64,000 bases of DNA from the human T2T-CHM13v2.0 reference genome, Homo sapiens. How positions within the stretch are numbered: position 1 is the stretch's first letter; the number at the start of each line of letters is the position of its first letter. Shown here piece after piece: positions 48,141 to 64,000 of the stretch. The position numbers were made by a program, and so were the translations under genes. The DNA is taken from the NCBI RefSeq assembly GCF_009914755.1, contig NC_060934.1, one strand, 5' to 3'. The notes beneath the pieces are model-generated. The model did no database searches, was not told the origin of the DNA, and saw only the letters and a list, made by a program, of their open reading frames with translations.

Positions 48141-51100
48141 TTTCTTTTCATTCAGCAATTTGGAAACACTGTTTTTGTACATTCTGTGAATGGACATTTG
48201 GGAACAACTTGAGGACTATGGTGAAAAATAAATTATCTTCAGATAAAAATTAGAAGGAAGCTTTCTGATGAACTGCTTTGTGATGTGTGCACTCATATCA
48301 GACATGTAAATCTTTCTTTTGATTCAGCAGTTTGGAAACACAGTTTTTCTCCATTTTGTGAATGGACATTGGGAGCTCATTGAGGGCAAAAGTGAAAAAG
48401 TGAATAAACCAGGTTAAAAATGAGAAGAACAATATCTGAGAAACTGCTTTGTGATTTGTGCATTCCTCTTGCTGAGTAAATCCTTTCTTTTCATTCAGCA
48501 GTTTGGAAACACAGTTTTTGTAGAATCTTCTAAGGGATATTCAGAAGCACATTGAGGCCTATGGTGAAAAAGGAATTATTTTCAGATAAAAACTAGAAAG
48601 AAGTTTTTTCAGAAACTGCTTTGTGTGTGTGAATTCATCTTACAGATTTAAACCTTTCTTTTGATTCGGCATTTTGTAAACACTTTTTCCATTCTGCAAA
48701 TGGGTATTTGGGTGCTCATTGAGGCCAATGGCAAAAAAGAGATTATCCCAAGGTAAAAACTAGAAGAAGGTATCTGAGAAAACACTTTGTGATGTGTGAA
48801 TTCATCTCACAGAGTTAAACCATTCTTTTGATTCAGCAGTTTGGAAACACCATTTTTGTGCAATCTGTGAATGGACATTTGGGAGCTCATTGAGGCCAAT
48901 GGTAAAAAAGCGAATATGCCAGGACAAAAACTAGAAGGAAGATATCTGAGAAACTGCTTTGTGATGTGAGCATTCATCTCACACAGTGAAATTTTTCTTT
49001 ACCTTCAGCAGTTTGGAAACAGTGTTTTTGGGGAATCTGCAAAGGGATATTTGGGAGCACATTGAGGTCTATGGTGAAAAAAAGAAAATAATTTCAGATA
49101 AAAACAAGAAAGAAGCTTTCTGAGAAACTGCTTTGTGGTGTGTGCATTTGTCTCACAGAGATAAGCCTTCCTTTTGATTCAGCAGCTTAGAAACACAGTG
49201 TTTGTCCATTCTGGGAATGGACATTTGGGAGATCACTGAATCTAATGGCAAAAAAGCAAATATCCCAGGATAAACAACAAGAGGAAGCTATCTGAGAAAG
49301 AACGTTGTGATATGGGAATTCATCTCCCAGAGTTAAACCTCTCTCTGAAGTTGGAAGCACTGTTTTTGTACATTCTGTGAATGGACATTTGAAAGTGCAT
49401 AGAGACCCATAATGTAAAAGGAAATATCTTCTGACAAAAAATTGAAGGAAGCATTGTGAGAACATTCTTTGTGATGTGTGCATTCATCTCACAGAAGTAA
49501 ACTTTTCATTCGGCAGTTTGGAAACACTTTTTTTGTACTGTGAATGGACATTCGGAAGTGCACTGAGGCTATTGTGAAAAAAATCTTCTGATTGAAAGTA
49601 GAAAGAAACTTCGTGAGAAACTGCTTTTTGAAGTGTGCATTCATTTCACATAGGTAAACCTTTCTTTTCATTCAGAAGTTTGGAAACACTGTTTGTAGAA
49701 ACTGCATAGGGATATTTGGGAGCGCATTAACACCTATGATGTAAAAGAAAATATCTTCCAATAAAAACTAGAAGGAAGCTTTCTCATAAACTGCTTGTGA
49801 TCTGTGCATTCAAATCACAGGGTTAAACATTTCTTCTGATTCAGCATCTTGGAAACAGTGATTAATCCATTCCACAAATGGACATTGGGAGCTCATTGAG
49901 GCCAATAGCGAAAAAGTGAACATACCATGTTCAAAACTAGAAGGAAGCTATTTGAGAAACTGTTTTGTGATGTGTGCATTCATCTCACCAAGTAAAACCT
50001 TTCTTTTATTTCAGCAGTTTGGAAACACCATTCTGTAGAAACTTCTAAGGGATATTCAGAAACACATTGAGGTCAATGGTGAAAAAGGAAATATCTTCAG
50101 ATAAAAACTAGAAAGAAGCTTTCTGAGAAACTACTTTGTGATGTGTGAATGCATCTCACAGTGTTAAACTTTTCTTTTGATTCAGCATTTTGGAAAAACT
50201 GTTTTTGTCCATTCTGCAAATGGACATTTTTGTGCTCATTGAGGCCAATGGCGAAAAAGGGAATATTCCAAGATAAAAACTAGAAGGAAGCTATCTGAGA
50301 AATCACACTGTGATCTGTGCATTCATCTGGCAGACTTAATCCTTCTTTTCATTTAGCAGTTTGGAAACACTGTTTTTGTAGAATCTGCAAAGGGATTCAG
50401 GAGTTTGGAAACACTGTTTTTCTATTGTCTGCAAAGGGATATTTCGGAGTGCATTGAGGCCTATGGTGAAAAATAAAATATCTTTAGATAAAAATAAGAA
50501 ACAAGCATTTTGAGAAACTGCTTTATGATGTGTGGTTTCATTTCGTAGAGTTAAATATTTCTTTACATTCAGGAGTTTGGAAACACCGTTTTTGTAGAAT
50601 CTGTGAAGGGTTATTTGGGAGCACATAGAAGCCTATAGTGAAAAGGAAAATATCTTAGGATAAAACCTAGAAAAAAACTTTATGAGAAACTGCTTTGTGA
50701 TGTGTGCATTCACCTCACAGTTAAACTTTCTTTTGATTTAGCAGTTTGGAAACACTGTTTTTTTCCATTCTGTGAATGGATATTTGGGAGCTCATTGAAA
50801 CCAATGGTGAAAAAATGAATATCCCTGGATAAAAACGATAAAGAAGCTGTATGAGAAACTGCTTTATGATGTGTGCTTTAATTTTGCAGAGTTAAATATT
50901 TCTTTACATTCAGGAGTTTGGAAACACTGTTTTTCTATTATCTGTGAAGGGATATTTGGGACTACATTGAGGCCTATGGTGGAAAAGAAAATATCTTCAG
51001 ATAAAAATAAGAAACAAGCATTTGGAGAAACTGCTTTGTGGGATTTACATTCATTTCACAGAGATAAACTATCCGGTTGATTCAGCAGTTTGGAAACCCT

Positions 51101-54100
51101 GTTTTTGTCCATTCTGCAAATGGACATTTGAGAGGTCATTGAGGCCAATGGGAAGAAAGTGAATATCCTAGGATAAAAACTAGAAGAAAGCTATCTGAGA
51201 AACCGTTTTTGATGAGTGCATTCATCTCACAGAGTTAAACTTCTCTTTTCATTCAGGAGATTGGAAACATTGCCTTTGCAGAATCTGTGAAGGGATATTT
51301 GGGAGCACAATGAGGCCTCTGATGAAAAAAAAATCTTCATATATAAACTAGAAAGAAACTCTCTAAGAAACTGTGGGCAGTTAGGAAACATTGTTTTTGT
51401 CCATTCTGCAAATGGACATTTGGGAGCTCACTGAGGCCAATGGTGAAAAATGGAATATCGCATGATAGAAACTAGAAGGAAGTGACCTGAGAAACGACTT
51501 TGTGATGTGTACATGCATCTCACAGAGTTAAGCCTCTCTTTTCATTCAGCAGATTGCAAACACTGTTTTTGTAAAATCTGTGAAGGGATATTTTGAAGAA
51601 CACTCGGGCCTGTGATAAAAAAAAATCTTCAAATAAAAACTAGAAAGAAGCTATCTGAGAAACGGCTTTGTGATGTGTGCATTCATCTCACAAAGTTAAA
51701 CCTTTCCTTGGATTTAGCAGTTTTGAAACACTGTTTTTGTCTATTCTGAGAATGTACATTTTGGTCCTCATTGAGGCCAATGGCAAAAAAGTGAATATCC
51801 CAGGATAAAAACTATAAGGAAACGATCTGAGGAACTGCTTTGTGATGTGTGCATTCATCTCGCTGAATAAAACCTATCTCTTCATTCATCAGTTTTGCAA
51901 CCCTGTTTTTGTAAGGTCTACGAATGGGCATTTCGGTGCTCATTGAGGCCAATGGCAATAAAGCAAATATTCCAGGATAAAAAAATCCAAGGAAGGTATC
52001 TGAGAAACCACTTTCTGATGTGTGCATTCATCTAATAGAGTTAAACATTTCTTTTCATACAGCAGTTTGGAAACACTGTTTATGTAGAATCTGCAAGGGA
52101 TATTTAGGAGCCCATTAGGCCTATGGTGAAAAAGAAAACATCTTCAGATAAAATCTAGAAAGTAGATTTCTGAGAAACTGCTTTGTGATGTGTGCATTCA
52201 TCTGACAGAGTTAAGCCTTTCTTTAAATTCAACAGTTTGGAAACAGTCTTTTTCCTCTCACAGATTTATATTTTTTCTTTTCAATCAGCAGTTTGGAAAT
52301 ACTGTTTCTGTAGAGTCTGCTAAGAGATATTTGGGAGCTTATTAAGGCCTGTGCTGGAAAAGGAAACATCTTCAGATATAAACGAGAAAGAATCTTTCTG
52401 AGAAACTGCTTTGGGGTGTGTGCATTCATCTCACAGTGTTAAACCTTTCTTTGGATACAGCAGTGTGGAAACACTCTTTTTGTCCATTCTGTGAATGGAC
52501 ATTTTGGAGCTTATTGAAGCCAACAGTGAAAAAGTGAATATCCCAGGATAAAAACTTGAAGGAAGCTATCTGAGAAATCGCTGTGTGATATGTGCATTCA
52601 TCTCACAGAGTTAAAGCTCTCTTTTAATTCAGCAGTTTGGAAACACTGTTTTTGTAGAATCTGTGAAGGGCTATTTGGGAGCCCTTTGGGGCCAATGGTG
52701 AAAAAGGAAAAATCTACAGATAAAAAGTGGAAAGAAGTTTTCTGAGAAACTGCTTTGTGATGTGTGCATTCATCTCACAGAGTTAAAACTTTCGTTGGAT
52801 TCAGGAGTTTGGAAACACTGTTTTTATCCATTCTACAAATGGACATTTGGGAACTCATGGAGGCCAATGGCAAAATGGCAAATATCCCAGGATAAAAACT
52901 AGAAGGAAGCTATCTGAGAAACCGCTTTGGTATGTGTACATTCGTCTCACAGAGTGAAAACTTTCTTTTCATTCAGCAGTTTGGAAACACTGTCTTAATC
53001 CATTCTGCGAATGGACATTTTGGAGCTCATTGAGGCCAATGGTGAAAAACAGAATATTTCAGGTTAAAAACTAGATGGACCCACTCTGAGAAAACTCTTT
53101 GTGAAGTGTGCATTCATCTTGTAGACTTAAAGTTTTCTTTTCAGTCAGCAGTTTGAAAACAAGTTTTGTCGTATCTGGGAAGGGATATTTGGGATCACAT
53201 TGAGGCCTAAGGTGAAAAATGAAACATCTTTAGATAAAAACTAGAAAGAAGGTTTCTGAGAAACTGCGTCCTGATGAGTGCATTCATCTCAAAGAGTTAA
53301 ATCTTTCTTTGGATTCATCAGTTTGGAAACACGCTTTTAGTCCACTCTGCGGATGGTCATTTTGGAGCTCATTGAGGACAAAGGTGAAAAAACGAATATC
53401 CCATAATAAAAACGAGAAGGATGCAATCTGAGAAACCAGTTTGTGAGATGTTTATTCATCTCACATAATTAAACTTTTCTTTCCAATCAGGAGTTTGGAA
53501 ATGCTGTTTTTGTAGAAGCTGTGAAGGGATATTTGGGAGTGCATTGAGGCTTATGTTGAACAATGGAACGTCTTCTGACAAAAATTAGAAAGAAGCTTTC
53601 TAGAAACTGGTTTGTAATGTGTCCATTCATCTCACAGAGTTAAAACTTTCTTTGGATTCAGCAGTTTGGGAACACTATTTTTGTCCATTCTGTGAATGGA
53701 TATTTGGGAGCTCTTTGAGGCCAAAGTCAAATAAGCAAATATCCCAGGATAAAAACTATAAGGAAGCAATCTGAGGAACTGCTTTGTTTTGTGTGCATTT
53801 ATCTCACAGAGTTAAACTTTCTTTTCATTCAGCAGTTTGGAAACACAGTTTTCCTAGAATCTGCAAAGGTGTATTAGGAGCACATTGAGGTCTACAGTGA
53901 AAAAGGAAATATATTGAGATAAAAACTTGAAAGAAGCTTTCTGAGAAACTGCTTTATCATGTGTGCATTTTTCTCACAAACTTGAACGTTTGTTTGGATT
54001 CATCAGTTTGGAGACACTGTTTTTGTCCACTATGTGAATGGCCATTTGAGGACAATTGCCAGAAAGGGAATATCTCAGGATGAAAACTAGAAGGATGTTA

Positions 54101-56437
54101 CCTGAGAAACTGCTTTTTCTTGTGTCCATCATCTAGCAGAGTTAAAAGTCTGGAAACACTTTTCTTGAAGAAACTGTATACAGATATTTGAGAGAAATTC
54201 GAAGCATATGGTGAAAAGGAAAATATCTTCAGATAAAAAGTGGAATGAAGATTTCTCAGAAAATGCTTTGTGATGTGTGAGTTCATCTCATAGAGTTTAA
54301 CCTTTCTTTTGATTCAGCAGTTTGGAAAAACTGTATTTGTCCATTCCGCAAATGGACATTTCAGAGCTTATTGAGGAGAATGATGAAAAAATATTTTTCT
54401 CAGGATAAAAACTAGAAGAAAGCTATCTGAGAAACTGCTTTTTGATGTGTGGATTCGTCTCACAGAGTTAAACATTTCTTTTCATTCAGCAGTTTGGAAT
54501 CACCGTTTTTGTAGAATCTTCAAAAGGAGATTTGGGAATGCATAAGGCCTAGGGTGAAAAGGAAACATCTTCAGATAAAAAAAAGAAGGAAGCTCTCTGA
54601 GAACTGCTTTGTGATGTGTGCATACATCTAACTGATCTAAACCTTTCTTGAATTGAGCAGTTTGGAAACACTGTTTTTTTCCATTCTGTGAATGGACATT
54701 TGGGAGCTGATTGAGCCCAATGGAAAAAAGTGAATATTCCAAGATAAAAACTAGAAGGACGCTATCTCTGAACCTGATTTGTGATGTGTGCATTCTCTCA
54801 CAGAGTTAAACCTGTATTTTGATTCAGCCATTTGGAAACACTGTTTTTCTAGAACATGCAAAGAGATATTCGGGGGTGCACTGTGGCCTACAGTGAAAAG
54901 GGAAATACCTTCAGATAAAAACTAGAAAGAAGCTTTCTGAGAAACTGCTTTCTTATGTGTGCATTCATCTCACAGTGTTAAAAGTTTTTTTGGGTTCAGC
55001 AGTTTGGAAACACTGTTTTTGTCCATTCTGCCAGTTGACATGTCAGAGCTCATTGAGGCCAATGGTGAAAAAGGGTATATCCCAGGATAAAAACTAGAAG
55101 GAAAGTATCTGAGATACTGGCTTTTGATGTGTGCATTAATCTCACAGGGTTAAAACTTTCTCTTCATTCAGCAGTCTGGAAAAACTGTTTTTGAAAAATC
55201 TGCACAGGGATAATTGGGAGCAATTTGAAACCTAAGGTGAGAAAGAAAATAATTTCAGATAAAAACTAGGAAGTAGTTTTCTGAGAAACAGCTTTGTTAT
55301 ATGTGCATTCAACTCACAGCATTTAACCTTTCTTTTGATTCAGCAGTTTAGAAACACTGTTTTTCTCCATTATGAGAATGGACATTTTGGGGTTTTGAGG
55401 CCAATTTCAAAAAAGTGATTATCACAGGATAAAAACTAGAAGGAAGCTATCTGAGAAACTGCTTTGTGATGTGCACATTCATCTCACAGAGTTAAATTTT
55501 CTTTTCATTCAGCAGTTTGGAATCACTGTTTTTGTAGAATCTGTGAAGGGATATTTGGGAGTGCATTGAGGCCTATGGTATAAAAGGAAACATCTTCAGA
55601 TAAAAACAAGAAAAAATCTCTCTGAGAAACTGCTTTGTGATGTATGCATACATCTCACTGAGTTGAACATTCCTTTGGATTCACCAGTTTGGAAACACTG
55701 TTTTTGTCCATTATATGAATTGATATTTGTGAGTTCATTGAGACCAATGGCAAAAAAGCAAATAATGTAGGATAAAAATTAGATGCTATCTCTGAAAACA
55801 CTTTGTGATGTGTGTATTCATCTCAAAGAGTTAAACCTGTCTTTTCTTTCAGGAATTTAGAAAAATGTTCTTTTAGGATCTGTGGAGGTACATTTTGGAG
55901 AGTATTGAGGCTCACGGTGAAAAAGGAAACATCTCCAGATAAAAACTAGAAAGAAGGTTTCTGAGAAACAGCTTTGTGATGTGTGCATTCATCTCACAGA
56001 ATTAAAACATTCTTTTGATTCAAAAGTTTGGAAACACTGTTTTTGTCCATTCTGTAAATGGACATTTGGAAGCTCATTGAGGCCAAAAGTAAAAACAATA
56101 CATCTCAGGTTAAAAACTAGAAGGATGCTATCTGAGAAATTGCTATGTGATGTGTTCACTCACCTCACAGAGTAAAACCTTTCTTTTCATTTGGTAGTTT
56201 GGAGAAACTGTTTATTTAGAATCTATGAAGGGATATTTGGGAGCACATTGAGCCCTATGATGAAGCTATCTTAGAAACCAATTTGTAATGTGTGCATACA
56301 TCCCGCAGAGTTAAAAATTTATTTTCATTGAGAATTTTGGAAGCTCTGTTTTGGAGAATCTGCAAAGGGATATATGGGAGTGCATTGAGGCATATGTTGA
56401 GAAAGGAAACATCTTCTGTTAAAACCTAAATAGAGCT
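48141..56437 (+). repeat. Old alpha-satellite layer with two alternating monomer classes (ancient dimeric type)
   Basis: Signature switches to CTGAGAAACTGC, GTGTGCATTCATCTC and CAGCAGTTTGG. Monomers largely alternate between GTCCATTCTG..AATGGACATTTGGGAGCTCATTGAGGCCAATGG and GTAGAATCTG..AAGGGATATTTGGGAG..CATTGAGGCCTATGG (clear over 55.0-56.2 kb). Confidence 0.85.
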
Positions 56438-56440
56438 AGT

Positions 56441-57273
56441 GGAGGAGGAGCCAAGATGGCTGAATAGGAACAGCTCCTGTCTATAGCTCCCAGCGTGAGT
56501 GACTCAGAAGACGGGTGATTTCTGCATTTCCATCTGAGGTACCGGGTTCATCTCACTAGGGAATGCCAGACAGTGGGCGCAGGTCGGTAGGTGCATGCAC
56601 CAAGTGCAAGCTGAAGCAGGGTGAGGCATGGCCTCATGCGGGAAGTGCAAGGGGTCAAGGAGTTCCCTTTCCTAGCCAAAGAAAGGGGAACCAGGAGATT
56701 ATATTCCGCACCGGGCTCGGAGGGTCCTATGTCCACGGAGTCTCACTGATTGCTAGCACAGCAGCCTGAGATCAAACTGCAAGGTGGCAGCGAGGCTGGG
56801 GGAGGGGTGCCCGCCATTGCCCAGGCTTGCTTAGGTAAACAAAGTAGGCAGGAAGCTCGAACTGAGTGGAGACCACCACAGCTCAAGGAGGCCTGCCTGC
56901 CTCTGTAGGCTCCACATTTGGAGGCAGGGCACAGACAAACAAAAAGACAGCAGTAACCTCTGCAGACTTAAATGTCCCTGTCTGACAGCTGTGAAAAGAG
57001 CAGTGGTTCTCCCAGCATGAAGCTGGAGATCTGAGAATAGGTAGAATGCCTCCTCAAGTGGGTCCCTGACCCCTGACCCCCGAGCAGCCTAACTGGGAGG
57101 CACCACTACAGCAGTGGCAGACTGACACCTCACAGGGCCGAGTACTCCAACAGACCTGCAGCTGAGGGTCCTGTCTGTTAGAAGGAAAACTAACAAACAG
57201 AAAGGGCATCCACACTAAAAACCCATCTATACATCACCATCATCAAAGACCAAAAGTAGATAAAGCCACAAAG
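56441..57273 (+). promoter_or_regulatory. L1 5'UTR internal sense/antisense promoter region
   Basis: YY1-type site CAAGATGGC at 56452-56460; many CpGs decayed to TG/CA; ~75-bp internal deletion at ~56689. Confidence 0.8.
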
Positions 57274-58290
57274 ATGGGGAAAAAACAGAGCAGAAAAACT
57301 GGAAACTCTAAAAAGCAGAGCGCCTCTCCTCCTCCAAAGGAACACAGTTCCTCACTAGCAACGGAACAAAGCTGGACGGAAAATGACTTTGACGAGCTGA
57401 GAGAAGAAGGCTTCAGATGATCCAATTACTCCGAGCTATGGGAAGACACTCAAACCAAAGACAAAGAAGTTGAAAACTTTCAAAAAAATTTAGAAGAATG
57501 TATAACTAGAATAACCAATACAGAGAAGTGCTTAAAGGAGCTGATGGAGCTGAAAACCAAGGCTTGAGAACTACGTGAAGAATGCAGAAGACTCAGGAGA
57601 TGATGCGATCAACTGGAAGAAAGGGTATCAGCGAAGGAAGATGAAATGAATGAAATGAAGTGAGAACTGAAGTTTAGAGAAAAAAGAATAATAAGAAATG
57701 AGCAAAGCCTCCTAGAAACATGGGACTATGTGAAAAGACCAAATCTACGTCTGATTGGTGTACCGGAAAGTGACGGGGAGAATGGAACCAAGTTGGAAAA
57801 CACTCTGCAGGATATTATCCAGAAGAACTTCCCCAATCTAGCAAGGCAGACCAACATTCAGATTCAGGAAATACAGAGAATGCCACAAAGATACTCCTCG
57901 AGAAGAGCAACTCCAAGACACATAATTGTCAGATTCACCAAAGTTGAAATGCAGGAAAAAATGCTAAGGGCAGCCAGACAGAAAGGTCGGGTTACCCTCA
58001 AAGGGAAGCCCATCAGACTAACAGCAGATCTTTTGGCAGAAACTCTACAAGCCAGAAGACAGTGGGGACAAATATTCAACATTCTTAAAGAAAAGAGTTT
58101 TCAAACCAGAATTTCATATCTAGCCAAACTAAACTTCATAAGTGAAGGAGAAATAAAATACTTTACAGACAAGCAAATGCTGAGAGATTTTGTCACCACC
58201 AGGCCTGCCCTAAAAGAGCTCCTGAAGGAAGCACTAAACATGGAAAGGAACAACCGGTACCAGCCGTGGCAAAATCATGCCAAAATGTAA
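57274..58290 (+). pseudogene. L1 ORF1p (338-codon frame) with four premature stops
   Basis: ATGGGGAAAAAACAG...ATGTAA spans 1017 bp in one frame; in-frame TGA at 57418, 57565, 57601 and 57661. Confidence 0.93.
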
Positions 58291-58353
58291 AGACCATCGA
58301 GACTAGGAAGAAACTGCATCAACCAATGAGCAAAATAACCAGTTAACATCATA

Positions 58354-62177
<3,824 letters not shown>

Positions 62178-62392
62178 ACAATGAGAACACATGGACACAG
62201 GAAGGGGAACATCACACTCTGGGGACTGTTGTGGCATGGGGGGAGGGGGGGAGGGATGGCATTGGGAGATATACCTAATATGATATGACAAGTTAGTGGG
62301 TGCAGTGCACCAGCATGGGACATGTATACATATGTAACTAACCTTGCACATTGTGCACATGTACCCTAAAACTTAAAGTATAATAAAAAAAA

Positions 62393-64000
62393 TTAAATAG
62401 AAGCTTTCTGAGAAACTGCTTTGTGATGTGTGCATTTATCTCACAGAGGTAAAACTTTGTTTGGATTTAGCAGTGTGGAAAAACTGTTTTTGTCCATTCT
62501 GCTAATGGACATTTGGGAGTTCATTGAGGCCAATGGTGAAAAGGTGAATATCCCAGGATAAAACTAGAAGGAAGCTATCTGAGATATCACTTTGTGATTT
62601 GTGCATTCATCTCGCAGAGTTAAACTTTACTTTTCATTCAGTAGTTTGGAAACACTGTTTTTATAGTATCTGTGAAGTGATATTTTGGAGTGCATTGAGG
62701 CCTCTTTTTAAAATGGGAATTTCTTGAGATAAAATCCAGAAGGCTTTCTGAGAAACTGCTTTGTGATGTGTGCATTCATCTCACAGATTTAAACCTTTCT
62801 TTAGATTCAAAAATATGGAAACACAATTTTGTCCATTCTGCGAATGGACATTTCAGAGCTCATTGAGGCCAATGATGAAAAAGTGACTACCCCACGATAA
62901 AAAATAGAAGGAAGGTATCTGAGAAAATGCTTTGTGATGTGGGTATTTATCTCACAGAGTTAAAACTTTCTTTTCATTCAGCTGTTTGGAAACTCTGGTT
63001 TTGTAGAATCTGCAAAGTGATATTTGGGAGTGCTTTGAGGCCTACGGTGAAAAAGGAAACATTTTCAGGTAAAAATTAGAAAGAAGCTTCCTGAGAAACT
63101 GCTTTGTGCTGTGTGCATTCATCTCACAGAGTTAAAGATTGCTTTTGGTTCAGGAGTTTGGAAACACCTGTTTTTGTTCATTCTGCTAATACATATTTGG
63201 GAGCTCTTTGAAGCCAATTGTGAAAATGTGAATATCCCAGGATAAAAATTAGAAGGAAGCCGTCTGAGAAACCACTTTGTTAAGTGTGCATTCACCTCAC
63301 AGAGTTAAGCCTTTCTTTTCATTCAGCAGTTTGGAAACACTGTTTTTGTAGAATCTGTGAAAGAATATTTGGGAGTGTATTGAGGCTTATGGTGAATAAG
63401 GAAACATCTTCAGATAAAAAATAGAAAGAAGGTTTCTGAGAATATGCTTTGTGATGTGTGCATTCATCTCACAGTGTTGAATCTTTCTTTTACTCTGCAG
63501 TTTGAGAATAGTCTTCTTGTCCATTCTAGGATACAGATTTGGGAGCTCATGAGGGCCATTGTGAAAAATCAAATAACAAAGAATAAAAACCAGAAGGAAG
63601 CTATTGGAGAAACTGCTTTGTGATGTGTGCATTCATTTCGCATAGTTAATTCTTTCTTTTAATTCAGCAGTTTGGAAACACTGTTTTTGTAGAATCTGTG
63701 AAGGGATATTTAGGAGCACATTGAGTCCTATGATCAACCTATCTGGGAAGCTGCTTTGTGATGTGTGGATACATCCAGCAAATATAAACATTACATTTCA
63801 CTGAACTGTTTGGAAACACTGTTTTTGGGGAATCTGCAAAGGGATATTTGGGAGTGCATTGAGGCCTATGGTAAGAAAGGAAATATCTTCAGATAAAAAC
63901 TGGAAAGAAGGCTTCTGAGAAACTGCTTTGTGATGTGTGCATTCATCTCACTGAGTTAAACATTTGCTTGGATTTAGCCTTTGGAAAGCTTGTTTTTTTC
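62393..64000 (+). repeat. Continuation of the old two-class alpha-satellite layer
   Basis: Resumes in phase after the L1 (AGAAGCTTTCTGAGAAACTGC) with the same alternating monomer classes. Confidence 0.9.

Noticed and set aside
23475-56175. Many similar peptides (e.g. KLSVKLLCDVWIHLTELN) suggesting a protein family
   Set aside because: They are translations of the monomer consensus, broken at random by stops and frameshifts.
56743-56817. L1 antisense ORF0
   Set aside because: The ATG is present (minus strand, 56817) but an in-frame TGA follows after 24 codons, and the downstream part overlaps the 5'UTR deletion.
62220-62260. G-rich G-quadruplex-like tract
   Set aside because: Standard L1 3'UTR polypurine tract, already explained by the L1 annotation.

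Overview
Primate (almost certainly human) centromere-edge DNA; no intact protein-coding gene, RNA gene or CRISPR array is visible. 1-~14.3 kb is a homogeneous alpha-satellite higher-order repeat (HOR) of 3054-3056 bp (18 monomers = 9 dimers, CENP-B box position in every second monomer). This matches the chromosome 6 D6Z1 18-mer (SF1/SF01 lineage); the assignment is from recall, not a search. The array degrades at its edge into two 8-mer variants and a chimeric copy, then into divergent dimeric alpha satellite (~14.3-21.45 kb) carrying a solo HERV-K(HML-2) LTR5_Hs inserted in a CENP-B box position. A doubly truncated 1.84-kb older L1 fragment joins this young satellite directly to an old monomeric layer without CENP-B boxes (23.3-48.1 kb). 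A second old layer with two alternating monomer classes follows (48.1-64 kb), interrupted by a full-length, inactivated L1PA2-like element. All satellite is in one orientation. I found no evidence of a new protein-based system. The notable signals are structural: the L1-bridged layer junction, the LTR in a CENP-B box site, fossil HOR intermediates, buried multi-monomer duplications in 'monomeric' DNA, and several fold-back (templated inverted) repair scars. All coordinates and alignments were made by eye.
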